Source: Candidatus Electrothrix sp. GW3-4 | Lineage (GTDB): Bacteria; Desulfobacterota; Desulfobulbia; Desulfobulbales; Desulfobulbaceae | Direction of reading: 5' to 3' | DNA: 32,000 nt | Assembly: GCF_037902255.1 (NCBI RefSeq) | Contig: NZ_CP147990.1 | Location: forward strand, 90,001 to 122,000 | Part shown: piece by piece, positions 17,077-25,053 of the stretch | Layout of the letters: the number at the start of each line of letters is the position of its first letter | How positions within the stretch are numbered: position 1 is the first letter of the stretch | Position numbers and translations under genes: made by a program | Notes under the pieces: model-generated | Database searches by the model: none | Told to the model about the DNA's origin: nothing | What the model saw: the letters and a program-made list of their open reading frames with translations, nothing else

Positions 17077-17427
17077 TCAAGTATAGCTGTGCTGAGGAGA
17101 ATCAGTTGGCTCAATCCTTTTCATCTTTTTGCGAGCCAGAATAACAGAAGTTACGCTAAATAATGGGATTTCCTCCTCTCTAACCAACTGGTAGAAATTA
17201 CAATATAGGCACCCCTCACGCTTTTCTTTATAGTCTCCCTGTCGTTGACCGTCACAAAGCGTACCAGCTACGACCCAACATGAACGCCCAGCGTTTTCGC
17301 CTTCATGAACACCGTCGAGATCACGGTCAACAGCAGCTGGACAAACTCCTTCAGAGGCATTCTTTCCACCAGCCTCACGACCACATTTTTTGAATTCCCA
17401 ACAATTTATTTTTATTTCGTTCATCAT
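17077..17427 (-). CDS. Standalone two-CW-domain protein (Cys-rich, putative metal/redox-cofactor binding)
   Basis: GAGGA lies 4-7 nt before the ATGATG. NCWEFKKCGREAGGKNASEGVCPAA...GENAGRSCWVVAGTLCDGQRQG...CLYCNFY matches my memory of the two-CW domain (two CW motifs plus conserved Cys). That domain is usually N-terminal to sensor proteins in anaerobes. Confidence 0.65.
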   Translation of the reverse strand: MMNEIKINCWEFKKCGREAGGKNASEGVCPAAVDRDLDGVHEGENAGRSCWVVAGTLCDGQRQGDYKEKREGCLYCNFYQLVREEEIPLFSVTSVILARKKMKRIEPTDSPQHSYT

Positions 17428-17687
17428 GCTTCCTCAATTTACCTATCTGCTTGTTGTAAAATATGAATTAACGTTTCCTCATATTATGAAGTATAATACT
17501 TTTTTCGGCGAAAAATTCAATATTTATGTTTTATAACAAATGGATAAAGTCTTTTTTTCGTTGCGTGAGAAGGAAAAATATAAATTTGTGTTTTTTTGAC
17601 TAGTGCTCTGTAAAATCTAAATTTTAGGGTAGCGTATTTAAAATTAATGTAGCATGTTGTCCGAAAAAAAAATTGAAAGAGGATTTC

Positions 17688-18131
17688 ATGCCAAAAAAAT
17701 ACATTGTCCAATTGACTCCAAAAGAACGCTGTCATTTACAGGAGGTTATCAAAAAGCTTTCGGGGGGCAGCCAGAAAGTCCGTCGTGCTCACATCTTATT
17801 GAAAGCTGATGCAAATGGCCCCTGTTGGAAAGACAGCAGGATAGCAGAAGCATTCAACTGTAGGACAAAAACGGTTGAGAACATCCGTCAAAATTTTGTT
17901 TTGCACGGTTTTCAACAGGCTCTTGACGGAAAAAAACGTGCAACCCCGCCTACTCCGAAACTATTGAATGGGGAGCAGGAGGTTAAAATCATTGCCACTC
18001 GTCTTGGTTCACCTCCGCCGGGATACGCAAATTGGTCACTGCGCCTTTTAGCCCGACATGTTGTTGAATTGGAAATAGTTCCGTCGATCAGCCATGAAAC
18101 TATTCGCCAAGTAATAAAAAAAACGGGATGA
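17688..18131 (+). CDS. IS630 transposase OrfA (HTH DNA-binding part)
   Basis: AGAGGA precedes the ATG at 17688. MPKKYIVQLTPKERCHLQEVIKK...VRRAHILLKADANG...NWSLRLLARHV is a typical IS630 N-terminal HTH/winged-helix region. It ends ...RQVIKKTG*. Confidence 0.8.
   Translation: MPKKYIVQLTPKERCHLQEVIKKLSGGSQKVRRAHILLKADANGPCWKDSRIAEAFNCRTKTVENIRQNFVLHGFQQALDGKKRATPPTPKLLNGEQEVKIIATRLGSPPPGYANWSLRLLARHVVELEIVPSISHETIRQVIKKTG
18116..18123 (+). promoter_or_regulatory. A8 slippery run: probable programmed -1 ribosomal frameshift (or transcriptional slippage) site joining OrfA and OrfB
   Basis: A AAA AAA lies in the OrfA frame, 6 nt before the OrfA stop. A -1 shift yields ...RQVIKKKNGMNNRKIQYWVIPPK, which restores the conserved KKxx...W.IPP junction of single-ORF IS630 transposases. 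Confidence 0.6.
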
Positions 18132-18823
18132 ACAACCGGAAAATCCAATACTGGGTTATTCCACCAAAACACGATGCGGAATTCGTGGCCAACATGGAAG
18201 ATGTGATAGAGGTTTATGAAAGACCGTATAATCCTAATCATCCTTTTCTTTGTATGGACGAACAACCAGTTCAGCTGATAAAGGAAACTCGTTTACCTAT
18301 CCCGGCAACTAAAAATCATGCTAAACGCGTTGATTATGAGTATGAGCGTAACGGAACAGCCAGTATTTTCATGTTCACCGAGCCTCTTTCAGGCTGGCGT
18401 GAAGCCACAGCTCGTCCTCGGCGGACTAAAACAGATTGGGCGATCGAAGTGGCTCGCCTCCTTGAAGGTCGCTATGCAGAATGTGAAAAGATAACGTTGG
18501 TTTGCGATAATCTCAACACCCATACAAAGGGAGCTTTTTATGAGGCTTTTCCTCCTGAACGTGCTCGTGCATTAGTACGCCGGATTGAATTTTGTTACAC
18601 ACCGAAACATGGTAGCTGGCTCAATATAGCAGAAAACGAATTGAGCTCCATGACTCGACAATGTCTTGCCAATCGTCGTATAGGAGATATCGAGACGTTA
18701 CAGAAAGAGATTGCCGCATGGTCAAGCGATGTGAATAACACTCAACGTGGTGTTGAGTGGCAAATGAAAATTTCTGATGCCCGGTGCAAATTAAAATCCG
18801 TTTACCCTAAAATTAAGTCGTGA
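18128..18823 (+). CDS. IS630 transposase OrfB (DDE catalytic part)
   Basis: Conserved blocks are YWVIPPKHDAEFVANMEDVIEVY, LCMDEQPVQL, VCDNLNTHT and TPKHGSWLNIAENE, which carry the DDE residues. The stop lies inside the right IR. Confidence 0.8.
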   Translation: MNNRKIQYWVIPPKHDAEFVANMEDVIEVYERPYNPNHPFLCMDEQPVQLIKETRLPIPATKNHAKRVDYEYERNGTASIFMFTEPLSGWREATARPRRTKTDWAIEVARLLEGRYAECEKITLVCDNLNTHTKGAFYEAFPPERARALVRRIEFCYTPKHGSWLNIAENELSSMTRQCLANRRIGDIETLQKEIAAWSSDVNNTQRGVEWQMKISDARCKLKSVYPKIKS

Positions 18824-19450
18824 CAGAGCACTAGCGCGGTAATTCAGAAAAAATGATGGAGGAATTATTCACACATGTTGACGGCGTTCATGACGGCCAA
18901 TAAGGGGGAATGGTGAAAAAAGTTGGTTGGGGGGAGCGTAAGGAAGGAGAACCATTTTGTGCAACTGCTGTGAATCCGGCCATCTTAATCAGTCTAAAAT
19001 GGTCATTTTTTACGGCCTCTCACGTCGTAAACAGAAACAAGAAAAGTAAGCGCATTGCTAACACACCCCAAAATCAAACCGGGCAGTGATGCGGATTACA
19101 GCGTGGGGTTGCGGGTTCGAATCTCCTGGGTAACAATCTTTCCAGGCATTATTGCCGGATCTCGTACCCTGATTTTGCAGAAAGAGGTCCGAAGATCGGT
19201 TTCGCTGATCCAGCACTTCAATAAAATGATCCAAAGATTGGACAAAAAAGCCCAGATCCTGGATAAAAAAGGCCACACATTGGACTTCCTTATCAAAAGA
19301 TTTGATTGGGAAAAGGAGATTTATCCTGTGCCTTCAAGATAATACGTCGGATTGACTGCGCTGAGAGCATTGCTCGGAATTATTGAAGAGCAATCCCCCT
19401 TTTCTCCAAATTGGTAATGCTTGAAAAAGAAAGAGACAAGGCAGAAAAGA

Positions 19451-19524
19451 TGGCTGGGGGACAGGGATTCGAACCCCGATAAGCGGAGTCAGAGTCCGCT
19501 GTCTTGCCATTAGACCATCCCCCA
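19451..19524 (-). tRNA. tRNA-Gln (anticodon CUG)
   Basis: I folded the reverse complement UGGGGGAUGGUCUAAUGGCAAGACAGCGGACUCUGACUCCGCUUAUCGGGGUUCGAAUCCCUGUCCCCCAGCCA by hand. It gives a 7-bp acceptor (U1-A72), a D arm GUCU/AGAC, an anticodon arm GCGGA-CUCUGAC-UCCGC, a T arm CGGGG-UUCGAAU-CCCUG, G73 and an encoded CCA. It resembles E. coli tRNA-Gln2. Confidence 0.9.
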
Positions 19525-19606
19525 GTCGATTGGAAGGTTGGAGCAAATATAAAGAGAGGGGCGGTGAATGTCAAGAAAAAATGGTGCTCCCTTTTGTAAA
19601 TTAAGC

Positions 19607-20530
19607 TCACTCTTCCTTATCTCCTCGTTTCTTGGCCTGGGGGTGGGCATCATCATAGACCTTGGTCAGATGTTCAAGGTTGAGATGGGTGTATTGTTGG
19701 GTGGTGGACAGGCTTGCATGTCCTAGGAGTTCCTGGACCATCCGGAGGTCCATGCCCATTTCCAGCAGATGGGTGGCAAAGGAATGGCGCAGGGCATGGG
19801 GAGTCACCCGGACAGCGATCCCAGCCCGCAGGCCGTAACCGGCAACCATCCGCTCCACACTGCGCACCGTGAGTCGTGTTCCCCGGTTATTGAGGAATAA
19901 AGCCTCCCGCTCTGGTTCGTCGCCCCGAGTGATGCGATCGGCGATCAGGCGATTGCGTTCCGGTAGCCATAGTTGCAGGGTCTCACCAGCCGTGCTGCCA
20001 AAGGGGACGAGCCGCTCTTTCCTTCCTTTTCCCTTCACCTTGATCAGTTCAGCGGAAAAATCGGCATCAGCAAGATCAGTGGCAACGGTTTCAGATACCC
20101 GCATGCCGGTGGAGTAGATCAGCTCCATAATGGCCTTATCTCGGAGAAAGAAGCGGTCTTTTTTCTTGGGCTCTTCCAAAAGGCTGAAGACCTCATCCAC
20201 GGTGAGATAGGTGGGGATATGGCGGGATCGTTTTGGTCCTGCTATCCCGGCCAAGGGATCAATCGAGATATGTCCCTGTCTCAGGCAGTACCTGAAGAAG
20301 GTGCGCAGGGCAGACATCTTGCGGGCTACAGAGGAGCCAGTGTTGATAAGGTAGAGCGAAGAGATATACGTGCCAACGTGCTCCCGGCTGATCTCTTCGG
20401 TCGTGATCTTTTTTTTTATACTCTGAAAGAATTCGATGACATCACGAGAGTAGCACTCAACAGTATGGGGGGAGTAACCACGTTCGATTTGTAACCAATC
20501 GGCAAAAGCAGGTAAATGGGGTGCATTCAT
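19607..20530 (-). CDS. xerC: Tyrosine recombinase XerC
   Basis: Motifs are WLQIERGYSPHTVECYSRDV and the catalytic region HALRHSFATHLLEMGMDLRMVQELLGHASLSTTQQYTHL. The C-terminus LEHLTKVYDDAHPQAKKRG parallels E. coli XerC. Confidence 0.8.
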   Translation of the reverse strand: MNAPHLPAFADWLQIERGYSPHTVECYSRDVIEFFQSIKKKITTEEISREHVGTYISSLYLINTGSSVARKMSALRTFFRYCLRQGHISIDPLAGIAGPKRSRHIPTYLTVDEVFSLLEEPKKKDRFFLRDKAIMELIYSTGMRVSETVATDLADADFSAELIKVKGKGRKERLVPFGSTAGETLQLWLPERNRLIADRITRGDEPEREALFLNNRGTRLTVRSVERMVAGYGLRAGIAVRVTPHALRHSFATHLLEMGMDLRMVQELLGHASLSTTQQYTHLNLEHLTKVYDDAHPQAKKRGDKEE

Positions 20531-20664
20531 AAATCAGGTATTGAAAGCCTTTTTCATCCGGTTTACAATAAAAAATTTCTTTGAAGAAACTTTGAAAAAA
20601 ATGAGCTGCCATTGTACTCCTGATGGAAGATGGTGCAACCGTGATTTGTTAATCGGAACGGCGT

Positions 20665-20919
20665 ATGGCCAAAAGAACATTTGAAAATGCTCTGACAAAA
20701 TTGGACCGGATTACCGCAGAACTGGAGCAGGGCGATTTGGGGCTGGATAAGAGCTTGAAGACATTTGACGAGGGGGTTCAGCTGGTCAAATTCTGTAATG
20801 AAAAACTGGAAGAGGCACGTAGTCAGGTGGACTTGTTGCTTAAAAAAAATGATACATTGACATCGGTGCCCTTTTCAGAAGGACCAGCAGCGTCATCAAA
20901 TAATGATGAGAGCGTGTAG
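20665..20919 (+). CDS. xseB: Exodeoxyribonuclease VII small subunit
   Basis: FENALTKLDRITAELEQGDLGLDKSLKTFDEGVQLVKFCNEKLEEARSQV is the XseB helical hairpin signature. It sits in the usual position upstream of dxs. Confidence 0.85.
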   Translation: MAKRTFENALTKLDRITAELEQGDLGLDKSLKTFDEGVQLVKFCNEKLEEARSQVDLLLKKNDTLTSVPFSEGPAASSNNDESV

Positions 20920-21039
20920 CCCCAGCTTCGCATTGGCCAACGTTTTTTTATAACCAGTCGGATACACCACAGGAAGTACATGGCGGAATACGCAAGCAGC
21001 TGTCCGGACAGCCGGTCGGCAGAAGGAAAGGACATCATC

Positions 21040-22941
21040 ATGGCCCCGACACAGAGCCCTGTACAGGGCGGCGACCTGCTGGACAACATTGATAGTCCGG
21101 ATGATCTGCGTGGATTTAATCTTAGGGAGCTGGAGCAGCTTGCTGGCGAGATACGCGAGGAAATTATCTCCACGGTTGCGGAAAACGGGGGCCATCTTGC
21201 TCCCTGCCTTGGGGTGGTCGAGCTGACCCTGGCCCTGCATTATGTCTTTGATACACCCAAAGATAAGCTGGTTTGGGATGTGGGGCATCAATGCTATGCC
21301 CATAAATTGATCACCGGACGTCGGGAGAAGTTCCATACCCTGCGCCAGTATCAGGGCATAAGCGGCTTTCCCAAACGCTCTGAGAGTGAATATGATGTGG
21401 TGGAAAGCGGGCATAGTTCCACCTCTATCTCCTATAGTCTGGGCATCGCTGCTGCCAAAGAGCTGCAGCTGGATGACAGCAAGGTTATCGCCATCATCGG
21501 GGATGGCTCCATGACCGCAGGGATGGCCTTTGAGGCCCTGAATCATGCCGGTGATGTGCATAAAGATTTGATTGTTATCCTCAATGATAACGAGATGTCT
21601 ATTTCCCCAAATGTGGGGGCTATGTCCAGTTTTCTGAGCAGGAAACTCAACTCCAAAACCATGCGTAATCTCAAGGATCACGTGGAAGAGGGCTTGAAGT
21701 CCATGTCCTCGGTGGGAGAGAATATCCTGAACCTGCTCCGGAAATCCGAAGAGAGCCTCAAGGCCTTTTTTACGCCGGGTATGCTTTTTGAGGCCCTGAA
21801 ATTTAAGTATATCGGTCCGATCCCCGGCCATAACCTGGAAAGCCTCATTGCAACCTTGAGGAATGTCCGGGATAATACCCACGGTCCCGTGCTCATCCAC
21901 GTCTTGACCACCAAGGGTAAGGGTTATCTGCCTGCGGAGATGAACCCGGGCGAGTATCACGGATTGGGCCCCTTCACCATTGCCACAGGCAAGCCCCTGC
22001 CATCCTCTGGGCCGATTTCCTATACAGCGGTCTTTGGTCAGACCATCTGCTCCCTGGCTGAGCAGGATAAACGGGTCTGCGGCATCACCGCTGCCATGCC
22101 AGCTGGCACTGGTTTAAGCGAGTTCAGTCAGCGCTTCCCAGACCGTTTTTTTGATGTGGGCATTGCAGAGCAACATGCCGTGACCTTTGCTGCCGGTCTT
22201 GCTCTGGACGGCCTCCGTCCGGTGTTAGCGGTTTATTCCAGCTTTATGCAGCGTTCCCTGGACCAGTTGATCCACGATGTCTGTTTGCCGGACCTGCCGG
22301 TGACCTTTGCCCTGGATCGGGCCGGGGTGGTGGGGGATGATGGTCCTACCCATCATGGCGTCTTTGATATCTCCTTTCTTCGTTTCGTCCCCAATCTGAC
22401 GGTGATGGCCCCCAAGGATGAAAATGAGTTGCAGCACATGCTCTGTACCGCAGTGAATAGCGACGGTCCCAGCGCGATTCGCTATCCCCGGGGAGGGGGA
22501 GAGGATGTTGCCCTGGATCAGGAGTTCAAGGCCCTCCCTATCGGGCAGGGTGAGTTGCTCCGTGAGGGCCGGGACCTGCTCTTGCTGCCTGTGGGGAATC
22601 GGGTCTATCCCGCCTTGGAGGCAGCTGAGGGGCTGGCCCGACTCGGTATTGATGCGGCTGTGGTTAACCCACGTTTTATTAAACCCCTGGATAACGAGCT
22701 GATCAGCGATTGGGCAAGGACCTGTGGCCGGGTCTTGACGGTGGAAGATAATGTGAAAAAGGGGGGCTTTGGCAGCGCCGTCCTCCAGATGCTGCATGAG
22801 TTACATCTGTTGGTTCCGGTTCGTATCCTGGGGTATGGTAATAAGTTTATTGATCAGGCACCGCAGCAGATCCTGTGGAAGAATGCTGGCATTGATGTTG
22901 CCGGAATTATCAAGGGGGCCCTGGAGGTTATGAAGCAGTAG
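21040..22941 (+). CDS. dxs: 1-deoxy-D-xylulose-5-phosphate synthase
   Basis: Motifs are LLDNIDSPDDLRGF, GGHLAPCLGVVELTLALHYVF, GHSSTSISYSLG and GDGSMTAGMAFEALNHAG (ThDP motif). The ATG at 21040 with an upstream AAGGAAAGGA is preferred over 20980. Confidence 0.9.
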   Translation: MAPTQSPVQGGDLLDNIDSPDDLRGFNLRELEQLAGEIREEIISTVAENGGHLAPCLGVVELTLALHYVFDTPKDKLVWDVGHQCYAHKLITGRREKFHTLRQYQGISGFPKRSESEYDVVESGHSSTSISYSLGIAAAKELQLDDSKVIAIIGDGSMTAGMAFEALNHAGDVHKDLIVILNDNEMSISPNVGAMSSFLSRKLNSKTMRNLKDHVEEGLKSMSSVGENILNLLRKSEESLKAFFTPGMLFEALKFKYIGPIPGHNLESLIATLRNVRDNTHGPVLIHVLTTKGKGYLPAEMNPGEYHGLGPFTIATGKPLPSSGPISYTAVFGQTICSLAEQDKRVCGITAAMPAGTGLSEFSQRFPDRFFDVGIAEQHAVTFAAGLALDGLRPVLAVYSSFMQRSLDQLIHDVCLPDLPVTFALDRAGVVGDDGPTHHGVFDISFLRFVPNLTVMAPKDENELQHMLCTAVNSDGPSAIRYPRGGGEDVALDQEFKALPIGQGELLREGRDLLLLPVGNRVYPALEAAEGLARLGIDAAVVNPRFIKPLDNELISDWARTCGRVLTVEDNVKKGGFGSAVLQMLHELHLLVPVRILGYGNKFIDQAPQQILWKNAGIDVAGIIKGALEVMKQ

Positions 22942-22977
22942 GGACACGGCATGCCGTGCACCTACTGTTTTTTGGGT

Positions 22978-23640
22978 TCAGCTTTGCCCCATCTGGGCTA
23001 TAAAGGCGTTGGACTCCTGAATCGCCTTATTCATTCGCTCAATCAGCAGATCAATATCCTTTTCCAGCCCGGAAAACTGGCCCTGCAGGGAGCCAATGGC
23101 CTGGGCATTGAGATTATGCTTGAGGAAGAGGACATTATCCTCAAAGGTTTGCAGGACCGGGGCCATGCTCCGCTCCGCTGCCCGCATGGAGGAGAGCATA
23201 TCCCGGTAGCGGGACTGGGTCTCCCGCAGCTGCCGTTTACTGTTCGCCTGATAGGTCTGATTTTCGTAGAGATCCAACTCCTCTTCCCACTCCTCAAACA
23301 GGTCCTCAGAGACCTGTTCCACCTTATCAATCCGGCCCGAGACCTCCTCGCTGGCCTTTACGCAGTTCAGGTACTCCTCGTTCAGCTTATCATAGGCTAT
23401 TTTCAGGTCCGTTTCTTTGAGGGCAACCACAGAGGCGAACTGTTCCAAGGCGGATTTGAACTTCTCCTGGGCATCTTGTTGGGCATCCCTGGCCCCTTCC
23501 ACCCGGTCAACCATAATGTCTCGTTTATGGACCCCGACCTTTTCCATGGCCGAATAATAGGCGCCTGAGCAGGCACTGAGCAGGAGGGTCGCAAAAAACA
23601 GTGAGATGAGGGAAAATAAGGGCTGTCTTGAGGATGACAT
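22978..23640 (-). CDS. Lipoprotein, DUF2959-like
   Basis: The lipobox is LLLSAC, followed by SGAYYSAMEKVGVHKRDIMVDRVEGARDAQQDAQEKFKSALEQF and LFLKHNLNAQAIGSL. This matches my recollection of DUF2959 proteins, but I have not checked it. Confidence 0.55.
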   Translation of the reverse strand: MSSSRQPLFSLISLFFATLLLSACSGAYYSAMEKVGVHKRDIMVDRVEGARDAQQDAQEKFKSALEQFASVVALKETDLKIAYDKLNEEYLNCVKASEEVSGRIDKVEQVSEDLFEEWEEELDLYENQTYQANSKRQLRETQSRYRDMLSSMRAAERSMAPVLQTFEDNVLFLKHNLNAQAIGSLQGQFSGLEKDIDLLIERMNKAIQESNAFIAQMGQS

Positions 23641-23810
23641 GGTTTTTCTCCGTTTGAGGTTACGTTGTACCCGGCATTAAAACGCCGGTCTATTGATGTG
23701 CTGTCCCTTTGGGGCGCTTTTTTTCGCCCTGGAGGGGGCGAGGAAGAGGAAGAAAATAGATTTATTCCGGTGTTGTGATTTTGGTGAAGTGATGCTTGTT
23801 TTACGCAGAG

Positions 23811-24683
23811 TTAGTTCTTTTGCAGAGCAGCGATCCGTTCTTCCAGGGGCGGATGGCTGCTGAACAGGGCCTTCACGGTGCTGCCAGCAATGCCGCTGGC
23901 CGCCATCTCTTTGGGAAGCTCGCCAGGATGCATGCCGCCAAGGGCCTGCAGGGCCTCAATCATGGGGCGGCGATCATCCATCAGGGCGGCAGCGCCTGCA
24001 TCAGCCTTGAACTCCCGGATGCGGGAGAAGTACATGACAATGATGCTTGCCAGGATGCCAAAGAGGATCTCAAACACGATGCTGGTGATGAAGTAGCCGA
24101 TACTAAAGCCGCCTGCGTCCTCATCGTCGCCGCGCAGGAAATTGTCCACGGCATAGGCGGCAACCCGGGAAAGGAAGATGACAAAGGTGTTAATAATGCC
24201 CTGGATCAGGGTCAGGGTAACCATATCCCCGTTGGCTACATGGGAGATTTCGTGGGCCAGCACGGCCTCCACTTGGCGTTTTGTCATACTTTGCATGAGC
24301 CCGGTAGAAACGGCAACCAGGGAATTGGAGCGGCTGGGGCCAGTAGCAAAGGCGTTGGGTGCGCCCTGGTAGATGGCAACCTCCGGTATGCCCAAGCCCG
24401 CCCTGGAAGCAAGTTTGGCCACCGTGTCCAACAGCCAGCGTTCTTCCTGGTTGCTCGGCTGCTTGATAACCTGGGCTCCGGTGCTCCACTTGGCCATTTT
24501 TTTCGACATCAGCAGGGAGATGAAGGAGCCGCCAAAGCCGATCAGGGCGGAAAAGGCGAGCAGAAAGGTCATATTCAGCCCATTGCTGGTCAGGAAACGA
24601 TCTATGCCCAGGATGCGCGCGCTGATGGACAACACCACCAGGATTGCAAAGTTGGTCAGCAAAAACAAAAAAATTCGTTTCAT
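23811..24683 (-). CDS. htpX: Membrane zinc metalloprotease HtpX (M48 family)
   Basis: [19 protein letters not shown] is the N-terminus. The [11 protein letters not shown] HExxH motif is present, and the TM topology and length (290 aa) are typical of HtpX. Confidence 0.9.
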   Translation of the reverse strand: MKRIFLFLLTNFAILVVLSISARILGIDRFLTSNGLNMTFLLAFSALIGFGGSFISLLMSKKMAKWSTGAQVIKQPSNQEERWLLDTVAKLASRAGLGIPEVAIYQGAPNAFATGPSRSNSLVAVSTGLMQSMTKRQVEAVLAHEISHVANGDMVTLTLIQGIINTFVIFLSRVAAYAVDNFLRGDDEDAGGFSIGYFITSIVFEILFGILASIIVMYFSRIREFKADAGAAALMDDRRPMIEALQALGGMHPGELPKEMAASGIAGSTVKALFSSHPPLEERIAALQKN

Positions 24684-25053
24684 CGCAATGCTCCTTTTTT
24701 TCAGTATATTCTTTTGATTCGGATAAAGAAGGGGCTCAGGTTGCCTGGGAGGTCGGATCAGCAGGGGGCTTTGAGCCGTTTTTTTAAAGAGTAGGGATTG
24801 GATGGGAAAATGTAAAGGGTGTGAGGGTATTTTTGCTGCACGTTACGGTGAGTTGCAAAAAAACTTGTGGGTTTTCAGTTGCTTTTTTGTTGGAAGTAGT
24901 GGTAAGTTCTTGTTGTTGTGTGTGGAAAACTTGTAATACCGGGGTAAGAGGAATGTTGTGGAATCTATTGCTAGCAACAGAATGGAAAGATTCCGCTTAT
25001 TGATACGTTGGTACACTTAACCTGTACTGTATCGTTAAAAATTCGTCCCGGAA

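Larger units (their letters stand above)
17603..18831 (+). mobile_element. Intact IS630-family insertion sequence, 1229 bp
   Basis: The terminal IRs are gtgctctgt...taaattttagggta (17603-17631) and the reverse complement of tttaccctaaaattaagtcgtgacagagcac (18801-18831), about 24/29 identical with 9 perfect terminal bp. It is flanked by a TA dinucleotide on both sides (17601-02, 18832-33), as expected for IS630/Tc1-mariner. It has a two-ORF transposase. Confidence 0.85.

Noticed and set aside
19607-20530. Tyrosine recombinase as the integrase of the adjacent island
   Set aside because: The sequence is a canonical XerC (C-terminus parallel to E. coli XerC) and its composition matches the backbone. 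It lies outside the low-GC stretch, beyond the tRNA. It is more likely the housekeeping dimer-resolution recombinase.
20920-21039. Missing ispA between xseB and dxs
   Set aside because: The xseB-ispA-dxs order is common but not universal. The 120-bp gap shows no gene remnant, so this is a synteny variant rather than an anomaly.
20896-21960. 354-aa ORF on the minus strand
   Set aside because: It lies entirely antisense to the well-supported dxs gene. Its translation is low-complexity (H/G/Q/I-rich) with no recognisable motifs. It is a typical shadow ORF of a GC-balanced gene.
22945-22975. Rho-independent terminator after dxs
   Set aside because: There is only a 5-bp stem (cacgg/ccgtg) with a 4-nt loop, and the T-run starts 9 nt after the stem. 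This is too weak to report as a feature.
23796-24794. 332-aa ORF on the plus strand
   Set aside because: It is antisense to htpX, whose identity is unambiguous (HEISH motif, TM pattern). The translation is Gly/Ala/Gln-rich nonsense.
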